Shown: positions 40,356-51,713 of the stretch, piece after piece | Layout: each line of letters begins with the position of its first letter | How positions within the stretch are numbered: position 1 is the stretch's first letter | Assembly (NCBI GenBank): GCA_051362555.1 | Contig: CM120642.1 | Location: 32,922,001 to 32,986,000, forward strand | Length of the DNA stretch: 64,000 nucleotides | Reading direction: 5' to 3' | Source of the DNA: Lingula anatina | Lineage: Eukaryota; Animalia; Brachiopoda | Program-made: the position numbers and the translations under genes | The notes under the pieces: model-generated | Databases searched by the model: none | Told to the model about the DNA's origin: nothing | Seen by the model: only the letters and a program-made list of their open reading frames with translations

Positions 40356-43300
40356 ATGTCTGGGAGTGGAAAGAAGCGTCTGTTTGTGATCGACACAGAC
40401 GCTGGCCTCGATGATGCCCAGGCCATCATGATGGCTCTAGCACAGCCAGACATCGACATTATCGGTGAGCAAGTCCTACAATAGCAGGCCTACTAATATA
40501 GCCAGGAATTTAAAAAGAGGGATTCATTTTCTAAAAACAAGTGGACCTTATTATCCTATTTGTCCCTTTTGTCAGCCAACTTGGGGAAATGATACAGAAG
40601 GTACTACACGTAGTAAAACAAAATTCAATCCAGAGTGGACCTTGAGTGACCCAAAGGGCAGTTATTTCTAACACACTGAATTCCCCTTGCCTAGATGTAC
40701 CTCAGTAAGGAATCATTTTATAATTTTTACAATAAGTAAGCTGTTGATTGTGACATGTTTTAAACTTTTTCAGAAAGAAAAAGCCACAATATTTGAATCT
40801 TCAGAGTTTATAATGTAATATAATGTTGTTTTTTTCCCTCGAATTCCAGGCATAACTACAGTGAACGGCAACACCACAGTCAACAATGTGTCCAAGAATG
40901 TGCTGAGACTTCTAAAGACCTGCAGAAGACAGGATGTAAGAGAACTGGCGAGGGCATGTTACACCTCTAAATGTGGTTGATTTTACATTTAATATAGAAG
41001 GAAGTGTTGGCATAACTTAAAATTTCACCATAAGTTATCAATGAATGCATAAGTGCTAAAAAAATGTGATGAATTAGTATATTTTGAAAAATTATACCAT
41101 AACTATAATACATACACTTTTCATGAAATTAGAGGAATTAACCCAAATATTAAAATATGACATATCATGTAAAGTAAAAATTAAAAACTGAAGCATATTC
41201 ATTAAATTTTTCATTCATCATTAATTCAGGTTGATTTATGTTGGTAGGTTTTAACTTCTTTTCAGGCAATTATTGAGGCCTAAGTTTATTCCAGATCCCT
41301 GTGTATCAGGGCTGTGATGGCCCTTCATCTCTGGGTTTATTCCAGATCCCTGTGTATCAGGGCTGTGATGGCCCTCTCATCTCTGGGTTTATTCCTGATC
41401 CCAGTGTATCAGGGCTGTGATGGTCCTCTCATCTGTGGGTTTATTCCAGATCCCTGTGTATCAGGACTGTGATGGCCCTCTCATCTGTGGGTTTATTCCA
41501 GATCCCTGTGTATCAGGACTGTGATGGCCCTCTCATGTCTGGGTTTATTCCAGATCCTTGTGCATCAGGACTGTGATGGCCCTCTCATGTCTGGGTTTAT
41601 TCCAGATCCCTGTGCATCAGGGCTGTGATGGCCCTCTCATGTCTGGGTTTATTCCAGATCCCTGTGTATCAGGGCTGTGATGGCTCTCATCTGTGGGTTT
41701 ATTCCAGATCCCTGTGTATCAGGGCTGTGATGGCTCTCATCTCTGGGTTTATTCCTGATCCCAGTGTATCAGGGCTGTGGTGGCCCTCTCATCTCTGGGT
41801 TTATTCCAGATCCCTGTGTATCAGGGCTGTGATGGCCCTCTCATGTCTGGGTTTATTCCAGATCCCTGTGCATCAGGGCTGTGATGGCCCTCTCATCTCT
41901 GGGTTTATTCCAGATCCCTGTGTATCAGGGCTGTGATGGCCCTCTCATCTCTGGGTTTATTCCAGATCCCTGTGTATCAGGGCTGTGATGGCCCTCTCAT
42001 GCCTCATCTAGACCCTGTGGATGCTGGTCATTATCATGGGGTGGACGGTTTTGGGGACGTCCCTGATCCAGACCCTGTGGATCCTAAGATGATAAAACCT
42101 GAACACGGCGCTCTGGCCTTGGTGAGACTAGCCAATGCACATCCAGGTGAGTCGTGTAGAAATATGTGCATGTGAGGGTGTGCGCGTGTGACTTGAGAAG
42201 GGCATGTAGTTCTGTCTTGACCTTGATTGTGTGAAGTCTTACGATGGCTGTTAAAATTGTTACCTTTTTTTTTTTTTTTTTTTTTGGAAACTTACATTTT
42301 TTTTTTTTTTTTTGATGTTTCATTTTTTTTCATGTTCTGTAACAGTTCTTAATTGTGTTTCTTCATCAATGTATAAAAATATAAAGTGTGTATAATTAGC
42401 CTTTTATTTTTACATGTGTTCACTTATGAATGGCAGTATGGCTCTCATTTACATTCAAAAAGCCATTGAAAAGTACTAAAATTTTATTAGAGCCTACTTC
42501 TTAATATTAATGTGTTACCCTTGGCTAGTAAAAGTTTTGTTTGGAGTATTGAAAAACATTTTGGTATATTACATTCTTATATATATTTTTATTTTTTATA
42601 AGGTGAGATCAACCTGGTGGCAATTGGACCTCTGACCAATGTAGCCTTGGCCTTAAGACTGGACTCTGGCTTTGGCAGCAAAATAAAACATTGCTTTATT
42701 ATGGGTGGAAATACAGAAGGTAAATATTAGAAAAAATGGTTAAACCTGTATATAATGTGGATCACTTTGCTTGTGTAATATAATACATTACAGGGGCAAA
42801 GCATTTTTATGCTTTTTATGCACATGTATGTGTGTACACACATGCACACATGCACACACGCGTACACTTGATGTTGACCAATCTGTATTATTTTCTCATA
42901 GGAGTTTAAATGTTGACTTTGTTTTGACTTTGAATCAGATGCATACATTTTTTATATTAATTTGATCAGCATTTACAACTGTGCACATGTACAAGCAAAC
43001 ATGAATTGTGAAAAAAATATTAATTTTGTGTCTCAAAATGGGAGTCAAAGGCGTACAGTGCCATTTTGATCATTCATTTTGTTTTTTTTTCTTCATCTAT
43101 TTTTATACCTGCAACATACATTTGCCATTATAATATTGCTCTTTGAATAAGTTTTTCTTTTATGTGCCATGATAATGTTGCCCTTTGAAGAAGTTTTTCT
43201 TTCATTATAATGTTGCTATTTGAAAACGTTTTTTTTTTTTTCTCCTGCCATTTCTTCTATTTTCAGGGAAAGGTAATATCAAGATCTGTGCCGAGTTTAA

Positions 43301-44251
43301 TTTCTGTGCTGACCCAGAGGCTGCGTCCATCGTTCTCAATCTTTTGGGCTGTCCCGTCACTGTGGCTGGCTGGGAGCTTTGTCTCAAATGTGGCTTCACC
43401 TGGGTAAATATCATGGCGGAAAACGCCTCTGGCGCATTCACAACAAGTTGATCCCTGGACTAACAGATCTGCAGATTAAACATGGCCGACCCACACGAAA
43501 GCTTGCCGCATAATCCCCTAATAGATGCTGAATAGATTCACCGTGGGGTTTACGTGGTAGGCGATGGATCAGTTAGTCCACAGATAAACTTTTGTTGTGA
43601 TAGAGGCCTTTGATGAACCAGGATAATATTTGTATTGTATATAGATAAAATTTTGCCCCAGACATTTTTGCCAAATCAAGTAGCAGCCCGTCATATTTTT
43701 TGTTAATATTATATGACTCACTTCATCTTTTGATTCACAAATTTTAAATTTAATTTAGGTCAAAGGTCAAATGAGATTCCATCTTAAGATTAAAGCCTAT
43801 GGAACTTTTTTTTTATGTATGACAATGGCTAGCAGTATCTACTCAGTAGCATGGGCACAACGTGTCCAATAAGATTGATTGATCGAGTCAGCGGACTTAA
43901 AGTGACGATCTTTTCTTCCAGGAGTGGTACGAGAGGCTGATAAGCAAGGGCACAGCTAAGAGTGAACTCATGCGTGTTCTTGAGGCCAACACCATCGTCA
44001 AGTTTTACAAGGAGGGCAGCTCGGAGTTCTACATCACAGCAGATCAGATTATAATGTCCGTTGCCATAGATCCCAAGACTGTGAAAGCACAGGAGGAAGT
44101 GTACGCCACTGTGGCTTTAAATGACCCTCTGACCAGGGGCATGATGGTCATTGACTGGTCAGAGCATTTGCAGAAGAAGCCCAATGTTAAGGTGGTCACA
44201 GAAGTGGACCATGATCTGTATGGGAAATATCTTCAAGATGCTCTGAACTGA
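40356..44251 (+). CDS. Inosine-uridine-preferring nucleoside hydrolase family protein, 6 coding exons, ~319 aa
   Basis: Exons 40356-40464, 40850-40935, 41966-42146, 42603-42719, 43267-43403, 43922-44251 sum to 960 nt. Motifs: IDTDAGLDDAQA (DxDxxxDD), ITTVNGN, IPVYQG, HGVDGFGD, LVAIGPLTNVALA, IMGG, AEFNFCADPEAASIV, TRGMMVIDW. Confidence 0.95.
41284..42000. repeat. 52-bp minisatellite, 14 copies, spanning the intron 2 acceptor and first 35 nt of exon 3 of the nucleoside hydrolase
   Basis: Unit gtttattccag|ATCCCTGTGTATCAGGGCTGTGATGGCCCTCTCAT-ctctgg; cc(a/t)g starts at 41291, 41342, 41394, 41446, 41498, 41550, 41602, 41654, 41704, 41754, 41806, 41858, 41910, 41962. Confidence 0.97.
43438..43600. 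mobile_element. MITE-like inverted-repeat element in intron 5 of the hydrolase
   Basis: tcacaacaagttgatccctggactaacagatc pairs with the reverse complement of gatcagttagtccacagataaacttttgttgtga. Confidence 0.6.
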
Positions 44252-44549
44252 AATAGAAACCATTCCCAGACCCTATAGTGCTAAATTTGGATAGACCCAT
44301 CTCTAAGTGGATTCTTGCTTAATTGCAATTAACTTAATCGACTTTGATATCTGTCACACCTACTAAAGCTGATAGGGGTAATAAACTATTGTTTAGCAGC
44401 TTAAGTAGGCGTCCCAGACATCTAAGCCACTTAAGCTGAAAGCAATTTAGCGAGAAACCCCGTGGAGATGGACCGATCCTGTTAGATCAATCTAGGGATT
44501 GGAACCCAGTCCTAGTCTCAACTGAACTGGTCTAGTTGTACTGTTATGA

Positions 44550-44906
44550 CAGGCCCAAAGCTAGAGGGGGTTCTAGGGGGTTCAAACGAACCTCCCTTCT
44601 TACCAGAAAATGTCCTCTCTGGGTAAAATCTGATCTAGGTACACAGGGTTTTATGGTAGAAGCAGGCCCGTAGCCAGGGGGAGGTTTGGGGGATTCAAAA
44701 GAACCGCCCCTTTTGCTGGGAAAGGTCCACTTTGGGTAAAATTTGTTCCAGGTACATGAAGTTTTTATGGGAAAAGGTCCACTTTTTCAGAAAAAGAACC
44801 CCCCTTTTGAAATTGCTGGCTACGGGCCTGTAGAAGGTACCTTTTCAGAAGCCCCCCCACCCCCCACCCCAACCCACACCCTTGGAAATTGCCGGCTTGG
44901 GGCCTG
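44550..44906. mobile_element. MITE (outer, CAGGCCC...GGGCCTG ends) interrupted by a related MITE
   Basis: Ends caggcccaaagctag / ccggcttggggcctg; internal sequence similar to the nested element. Confidence 0.65.
44663..44830. mobile_element. Nested MITE with perfect 15-bp TIRs and a 6-bp target duplication
   Basis: caggcccgtagccag / ctggctacgggcctg; tagaag at 44657-44662 and 44831-44836. Confidence 0.8.
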
Positions 44907-46189
44907 TGCCCAAAATTCTACCTCTGCTTTCAGCTGCCTAAATCTGTCAGAGAAGCACAGGGTGAAAAAAAAACACTAGTCAAATAGAGATTTAATATTT
45001 TCAGGGCTATTTACAATCATAAAAAGACTACTGTGAACATACTAGTACTTATATTGAATTTCCTAATATCCTGTTTGTTAGATGATAATTATATTGTAAA
45101 ATTTTAAGGAGCACAATGTAGGACGAGTTTACACATTACATTACAGTATTAAGGTGATCGACAGCATTCAGAAAATGTCTTTTACATAATTATGAGCACA
45201 AACTGATATTTTCTGTAATAATTTTTGTCTTGTTTTGTTTTGTAATTTATACAAGGCCAGTTCGTTTTCGGGGAACTCTAACATTAAAGGGATGACAACT
45301 CTTCATTTTGGTGGGAAAAGGCCATGGAACAGAATTCCTGGGGTAAATGACAATTTTCCTACCTTTCCAATAATTTTTCCAACCTTTCCAACGAGTATAC
45401 GTAGTGAATCCATTCCGACATTCCATGTTTTTTGTTAGTGTGTTTTTTTGGCAATAATGTTTTAAGAGTTTATAATAGGGGTAGCTGTCAATGAAGACAG
45501 CTGTCAATGAAGGTCGAGCACAGATACATGTACCAAAATAATTGCTATAAGTGCCTTTTTGGTGGTAAAATGGAATTTATTATATTTCTATCATTTGATT
45601 ACAAGACATTTATTGTGAAATTTTGAATCTCACATGAAGAGTTGTTATCCCTTTAAGTTACCACTTTCTTTAATCAGTGGAAAACAAGGAAATTTTACCT
45701 CAGCATTCGTTTTATATGCACAATAAACGAATATTTATTGGCTTACATAGTTTTGCTAAAACATTGGAAGTGATTCATTTCTGAAAAAGGAGGCCATATG
45801 TAGATATATATTTTCTAAATCGTCCAATTGTGACGAGAATTTGAAACATTTTTGTGACAATGAATATCAGTATTTATGAGCAAGGAAAAGCAAGTAGTCG
45901 TCTTTTAATTTTGATCCTTAGTAAAAATTGTACGCGTCCAGGTGAAACATGCTGCGATATAGATAATGCAAGTGGTTGAATTAAGAGCGCTTGATAAATA
46001 ACAATTGTTACAAATGCTTTATGTTCCATTTTATAGAACAATAACAATTTTCATAAATGAAAATTATCAAACACAAGCCGAAATTTTTTAGCTTACGGCC
46101 AACCTGGGCGAAGTCCTTCATCAGACTGATGTGAGTAGATGTTCACACTCACTGACTGCTAGGTGGTATAGCGGTCAGGGCCCTCTTAT

Positions 46190-47280
46190 GTGATAGATAC
46201 AATACGAGTCGTCGAGCTGTACGTGAAATATTACGCCGGCAAGACAATACACGAGTAATTTTCACGTCCATCGTCAGCGACGAGTGTTGTAGCTGGCTTA
46301 AACCACGGCCTCTGATTGGCCACTACAGTGCCCTTGCGATATTTTACTCATACATGTTAGGGGCCTTTGTGGTCTTTTTGTTCTGTGTTGGACGATGAAG
46401 AACAAGGCTGAACACGTGTCTTTGAGACAGTTGTTTGAAATTCCAACGCAGTCTCTTTTCAATACTGTCGCGAAAGTAGGAATCTTCCAAGAGATTCGAA
46501 GACACTTTAGATGATTCCGCGTTCAATGCCAATATAGCTAATAGAATACCGGCACATACTCAAAGTAGCACCAAATGGGCATGTAACGTCTTCAGTGATT
46601 AACGCACCTGGCGCAATTTTAGAAGGGTCACCATGGAAGACAGAAAGTGGCCAATTCCTACCCTCTACCAGGGTGGCAGATTGTACACGGAAAAATGGAA
46701 AAAGCAAGACAGAGCCAAATGACTGTTTATTTATCTAGAGACATGTCTGTGAGAAATCAATATGTCGACCTTGTAGAGGGTAGGACAGAGACTTGGAATC
46801 TGTGGACTACTGGCTGTCACGCTTTATAACAGACAAAAAAACGTCAGGATGGCACCTCCTTCCCACCAAGTAGGGTCAATAAAGTCTATTTTAATTTAAC
46901 GGCACTGTACAGTAAATTTCTTATAATTGTCTGATATGACCATGAATATGTTTTTGGGCAGCATAAAGATGCGCACACGCATTATGCGTCATTTAGTAAC
47001 CGTCCATAAAATATATATTCTATATACAAATTTTCGGTTTTTGGGTAAATGCTATTTCATGATAAAAAGTTCGGGAAGCGACTTGTTTTCATTGTTGTCT
47101 TATCCGTGGTGGGCGCTAGGACCCGATATACAGATACTGGGCCCTTATTAGCTAGTGAGTGACGTGAGTGCAACAGACAGTGGAACGCACTCGTACATGA
47201 CGTGCTTATCTGATAGATACAATACGAGTCGCCGAGCTGTACGTGAAATATTACGAGTGTATTGTCGAGCCGCAGGCGAG
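46190..47280 (+). mobile_element. Probable decayed Crypton-like (tyrosine-recombinase transposon / DUF3504-associated) remnant
   Basis: Frame ~46480-46623 reads ESSKRFEDTLDDSAFNANIANRIPAHTQSSTKWACNVFSD*RTWRNFR, resembling the IPxxTxxxTxWAxxxFxxW segment of Crypton/ZMYM-type proteins, with TAA at 46600-46602. A ~45-bp direct repeat (tgatagatacaatacgagtcg.cgagctgtacgtgaaatattacg) occurs at 46191 and 47211. Confidence 0.45.
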
Positions 47281-48943
47281 AATGTTAAAAAAATACCGTG
47301 CAGAGTAGAAATATGAACTTTCTCGTGTCTCTAAGCTAGAGGCAGGCATATGTCAGAGTAATTTTACTTGGTTTAAATCATTAAAATCAGTTCTTATAAA
47401 CGGCCTGGGGTGGTTGCCTAGAATACAATGTGGCTCACGAAGGCGGTCAATACGGAGCTCTGCCAAGGCACAAGCAAGTTGACAATTCGTAATATTTTAA
47501 AGGTGGTTAGTGTTATCTTTTTAATGTGAAAGTTATACTTAATTAAATTGTTTGGTAAATTTCACATGGCTTAATTTTATGCCCTGCAGCCGCGTTCATG
47601 TTTAAAACGATTTAAATTTAAGTGTTCAACATGGGTATTGCGCGAGTTGCCATTTTACATGACGCGTGAGACGCTATTTTCAAATTAACAAATGCCTGTC
47701 TATAAGCGATAAAACATGCAGTAATATACCTTCTAGATGTATGCCAAATTTATATTAATTATTTGAACAGCAATCTACTCCCGACCAGGACTAGAAAAAC
47801 TGTCATTGCCTTCCAAAATTGGTCCCGTGATGTTTTTCATATATATATATGCATATGTCATATATCTTGGAAATTTACATATGACTATTCAGCATATGTG
47901 TATCCATAAAATCGTCGTCTACCTCTAAATAGTGGATTTTATTTAATATGGAAGTGAATGAGAATCAATAAATACTGGAAATAACTAGAAAAGGGCGAAA
48001 GAGCATTGAACATACCAGAAGTCATAGATATTAAAATTCAAAGCGTCATATGATTTTATTTTGTTTTTGGTTTTAAGTGAAATATCGCACCACAAATTTA
48101 AGGAAAGTCATATTTCGTAAAAGTGTGTTCGTTTTTTTTTTTTTACTTATTTTTTTCATTTATTGTTGCCAAGTACAATAATTCAATTTAGACAGATTCG
48201 GTGCAAACTAGGTATGAAAGCTGAGCCAAGAAAAATGTTTTGTACATGCGTAGTCTAGGACCTCTTGCACACGTGACACTTTGAAATTCATAGGGTCATA
48301 TTGTCTTATTTTGTTCTTGGTTTTAAGTGAAACACCACTCCACAAAGTTGAACAAAGCCACTTGATGTGAAAACGCGCTTTTTTGCCAGGTACAGTAACT
48401 ACATTTCGACAGAAGTAGGTACGAACTAAAGCAACGAAAGTTGAATAAAATGTTTTGTATATGCTAAGGACTTATTGCACATGTGACTCTTTTCTGTTCT
48501 ACAAATGTACACTGTATGTACAACAACAACAGCAACAACAACGACAATAATAATAATAACAGTATAATGTAGGCCTGTGTTTAATAATGTTCTGACACGT
48601 ACATGACATGTTTGGCACATATGATTAATCAGTGTCTCAAAAATGGCTCATTTCAAAAACGTTCGTGTGTTCAGAAACCATAAAATAATTCAGCACAACC
48701 CACACACTATATTTGTAATTAAAGTATTTATTGTATACCAAACCTCAAAATTGTGATGACCTCACCCTTCAAAACCAACTTTGTTAAAACAGTCCATATG
48801 ATATTATAACCTCGATCTTGGATCTCCTTGGCAAGTGGATTTTTAAATTCATTTACAAGATAAGAATAGATAAGCTTAGATGAGTACATAGTAATTAATT
48901 CCCCACGATTGCAATAAATAATTGGAAAACTTCTCACTTTTAA

Positions 48944-51713
48944 CTAATATAAAAGTTTTTGTCGCAATCTAGCAATGGCGGCTTTCTCTCTGCGTCGCGC
49001 CCGGAAGTAAACAATGTATATGGCAATGGTTCCATTGAGCACCGTCCCTATTATGCAGCTTAGGATGATTTGGTGTTTTATAGCCGCATCCAGCTTTGCC
49101 TTAAGGTCTGTAAATGAAACATTACAATTGGTATGGACAGAGATCAAATAGATAGTAAAACAGAACAGATTAGGAAAAGTTCAAATAATGATTTACTTTG
49201 TAAGTTTCTGATTAAAGTGAACCTGAGTTATATTTTCAATCATGTTTGGGAAATTTTAAACTTTTTACTTAATCCCAATACAAACTGAAAGTGTGCCTGT
49301 GAAAGCTTTCACCCCAACGCTAGGGAATTCATCAGCCACACTTAAGTTATGAGACAGTGTATAGTGAACAGTTTATAGTGAGAACTGATCACTATTAAAC
49401 TGTCCCAGACGCGGAAAACTTTGTACCACCCCCACCCCCTCACCCCGATTCTTTTTAAGTGATGGTCCCCGGCCCTGGATGTAAATACCCCCCTTCATCC
49501 CTCGATTGAACCTCAGGGGGTAACGATCCAAGATCTCCACACTGCCCCAACTGATTGAATGATTGGGTGCCTCAGTGGAAGTGAGAAGATTAAAATTTTC
49601 TCAACACGGCTTAAGTTTGTTTCATTGTGAAAAGAGACAGAGAATGAGAGAGGTTGACAAGATGCCCCACAGCAAAACAAACCTGGGCTTATATCTTCTG
49701 CATCTGTTAATTTTCTTTGAGGCCAGTCAACTGGTATGTGTTGCATCCCAGCAGTAACAGCACCATTCGTGACCATTGAAGGGGTACCCGGTGGACTCGG
49801 CTGTCTTCCAGGACGCATTTGCACCATTGTCATGGTATCACCCTTCTGTCCTTTCTGTCCAATTGCACTCATCCCCTTCATTCCTTTAATCCCCTTCATT
49901 CCTTTTATGCCCATTTCTCCTGTGGCACCAAAATTCCCTACATTTCCCATCATTCCCTTCTGACCTTTTTGGCCCTTTATGTCACCAGGCGGTCCGACCA
50001 TACCTTTCAAACCTGTAATATTGATATCCTTAATGTGTCAATACATTATTCACAATAAGTGAAATCCAGCTCATATAATACTAGTTCTCGGCGATTTCAT
50101 AAAATGTGATTGTTATTAATTGTTCTTTCTAGAAATCCATTTTATGCCAGTTATTCTTAACCAGGTGTACTAATGGACATCCTGGGAAATGTTTAATTTT
50201 ATCCCCAGGGTGCATTCATTAATTACCCACGCCTTCTTCCATACTTTAATAACTACAATATCTTCTGTATTTCCCTGCCATCAAGTCGGTTAACTAGGCA
50301 TAAGGGGTGGTAGTTTGAGTGTGTAAACAATATTAATGTTGAATCTGGAGAATTTTTGCCTGGAAAAACATTTACTTCATGCTTCCCTCCCTTAATCAAA
50401 TTTAGGCAGCTTTCAGGTATGATCGACTGAATAAACATACTGGGGATGAAGTTGAAGAGCAGTTGTTTTTATGACAATGGTAATATGTAAAACGTAATCG
50501 AAATGGTTCAGTTTGATTTATTTCCTTTGGTCTTACCTTTGGGTCCTTCAGTTCCTGGGGGTCCACCAGTGTTTATTCCTTGTGGACCTCCGGTTCCTGT
50601 GGGACCGCCTGTTCCTGGTGGCCCTCCTGCGCCTGGTGGACCTCCAGTTCCGGGTGGTCCTCCAGTTGCCGGTGGTCCTCCTGTCCCTGGTGGTCCTCCT
50701 GTCCCTGGTGGTCCTCCTGTCCCAGGTGGCCCACCTGTTGCCTGTGGGCCTCCTGTTCCCGGTGGGCCACTTGACCCTGGTGGCCCTCCTGTGCCCGGTG
50801 GTCCACTGCCTGCTGGTGGGCCACCTGTACCTGGTGGACCTCCTGTTCCTGATGGCCCTGCTGTTCCTGGTGGCCCTGCTGTTCCCGGTGGCCCCTCTGT
50901 TCCCGGCGGGCCGCCTGTTCCCGGTGGACCACTTGTCCCTGGTGGCCCCCCTGTGCCCGGTGGTCCACTTGTTGCTGGTGGGCCACCTGTACCTGTTGGC
51001 CCCTCTGTTCCTGATGTCCCGGCTGTTCCTGGTGGCCCTGCTGTTCCCAGTGGACCGTCTGTTCCCGGTGACCCCCCTGTTCCTGGTGGCCCGGCTGTTG
51101 CCGGTGGTCCTGCTGTTGCCGGTGGCCCTCCTGTTGCCGGCGGTCCTCCTGTACCTGGTGGTCCTCCTGTTGCTGGTGGTCCTCCTGTTCCGGGGGGTCC
51201 TCCTGTACCTGGTGGACCACTTGTTCCTGAAGGTCCTTCTGTACCTGGTGGTCCACTTGTTCCTGGAGGTCCTTCTGTACCTGGTGGTCCGCTTGTGCCT
51301 AAAGCCCCCCTTGTCCCTGGTGGTCCTCCTGTACCTGGTGGACCTGTTCCAGATGAACCCCCTGTACCTGGAGGCCCTTCTGTACCTTGTGGACCTCCTG
51401 TCCCTGGTGGTCCCCCTGTACCCGGTGGTCCACTAGTTTCTGTAAGATTGCTCGGAAACAACGCCGCTAAAAGACAGCAGATTTGTGCATTAAAGAGATG
51501 TACAACTGATAAAGTTATTTTACTTATATTGTTAAGGATATAATGGTATAATAACTGCATTTTTATCTTGTACAAATTTGATTTTATTTCAATTTAATTA
51601 ACTAAATAGTAAAATTGCTTCCATCTCCCGAACTTTTTCCTGAAAGCTTTCTTACCTGATACGCCACGTATCAAAGTACACAGGATCACAAATTTAAGCC
51701 AGTATAGCTGCAT
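48944..51713 (-). CDS. Predicted type I membrane collagen-like protein, copy 1 (intact, 4 exons, ~484 aa)
   Basis: Exons 51656-51713 ([19 protein letters not shown], signal-like), 50537-51439 ((GPP-GTG)n), 49683-50012 (GQK/GMK triplets plus linker) and 48944-49107 ([22 protein letters not shown] helix then [19 protein letters not shown]). All introns are phase 1, GT-AG; total 1455 nt. Confidence 0.82.

Noticed and set aside
41625-41936. Repetitive ORF MMALSCLGLFQIPVYQG...
   Set aside because: Product of reading the 52-bp repeat through rotating frames; not an independent gene.
41284-42000. CRISPR-like array
   Set aside because: Units are head-to-tail with no unique spacers, there are no cas genes, the context is a eukaryotic intron, and the unit derives from the host exon.
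42601-42610. AG|GTGAG at the start of hydrolase exon 4 as a recursive splice site
   Set aside because: The sequence encodes the conserved PGEI motif and the introns are short; nothing else supports it.
46155-46190. tRNA-like A-box (ggtggtatagcggtcagg)
   Set aside because: No B-box or cloverleaf follows; at most a SINE scrap.
50503-51543. Long plus-strand (PGGPPV)n and Leu/Val-rich ORFs, also at 62751-63830, and the Gln-rich alternative minus frames
   Set aside because: Shadows of the 18-bp repeat. Only the GPP-GTG frame is bounded by splice sites in phase with neighbouring exons, and the plus-strand frame is broken by TGA in copy 3.
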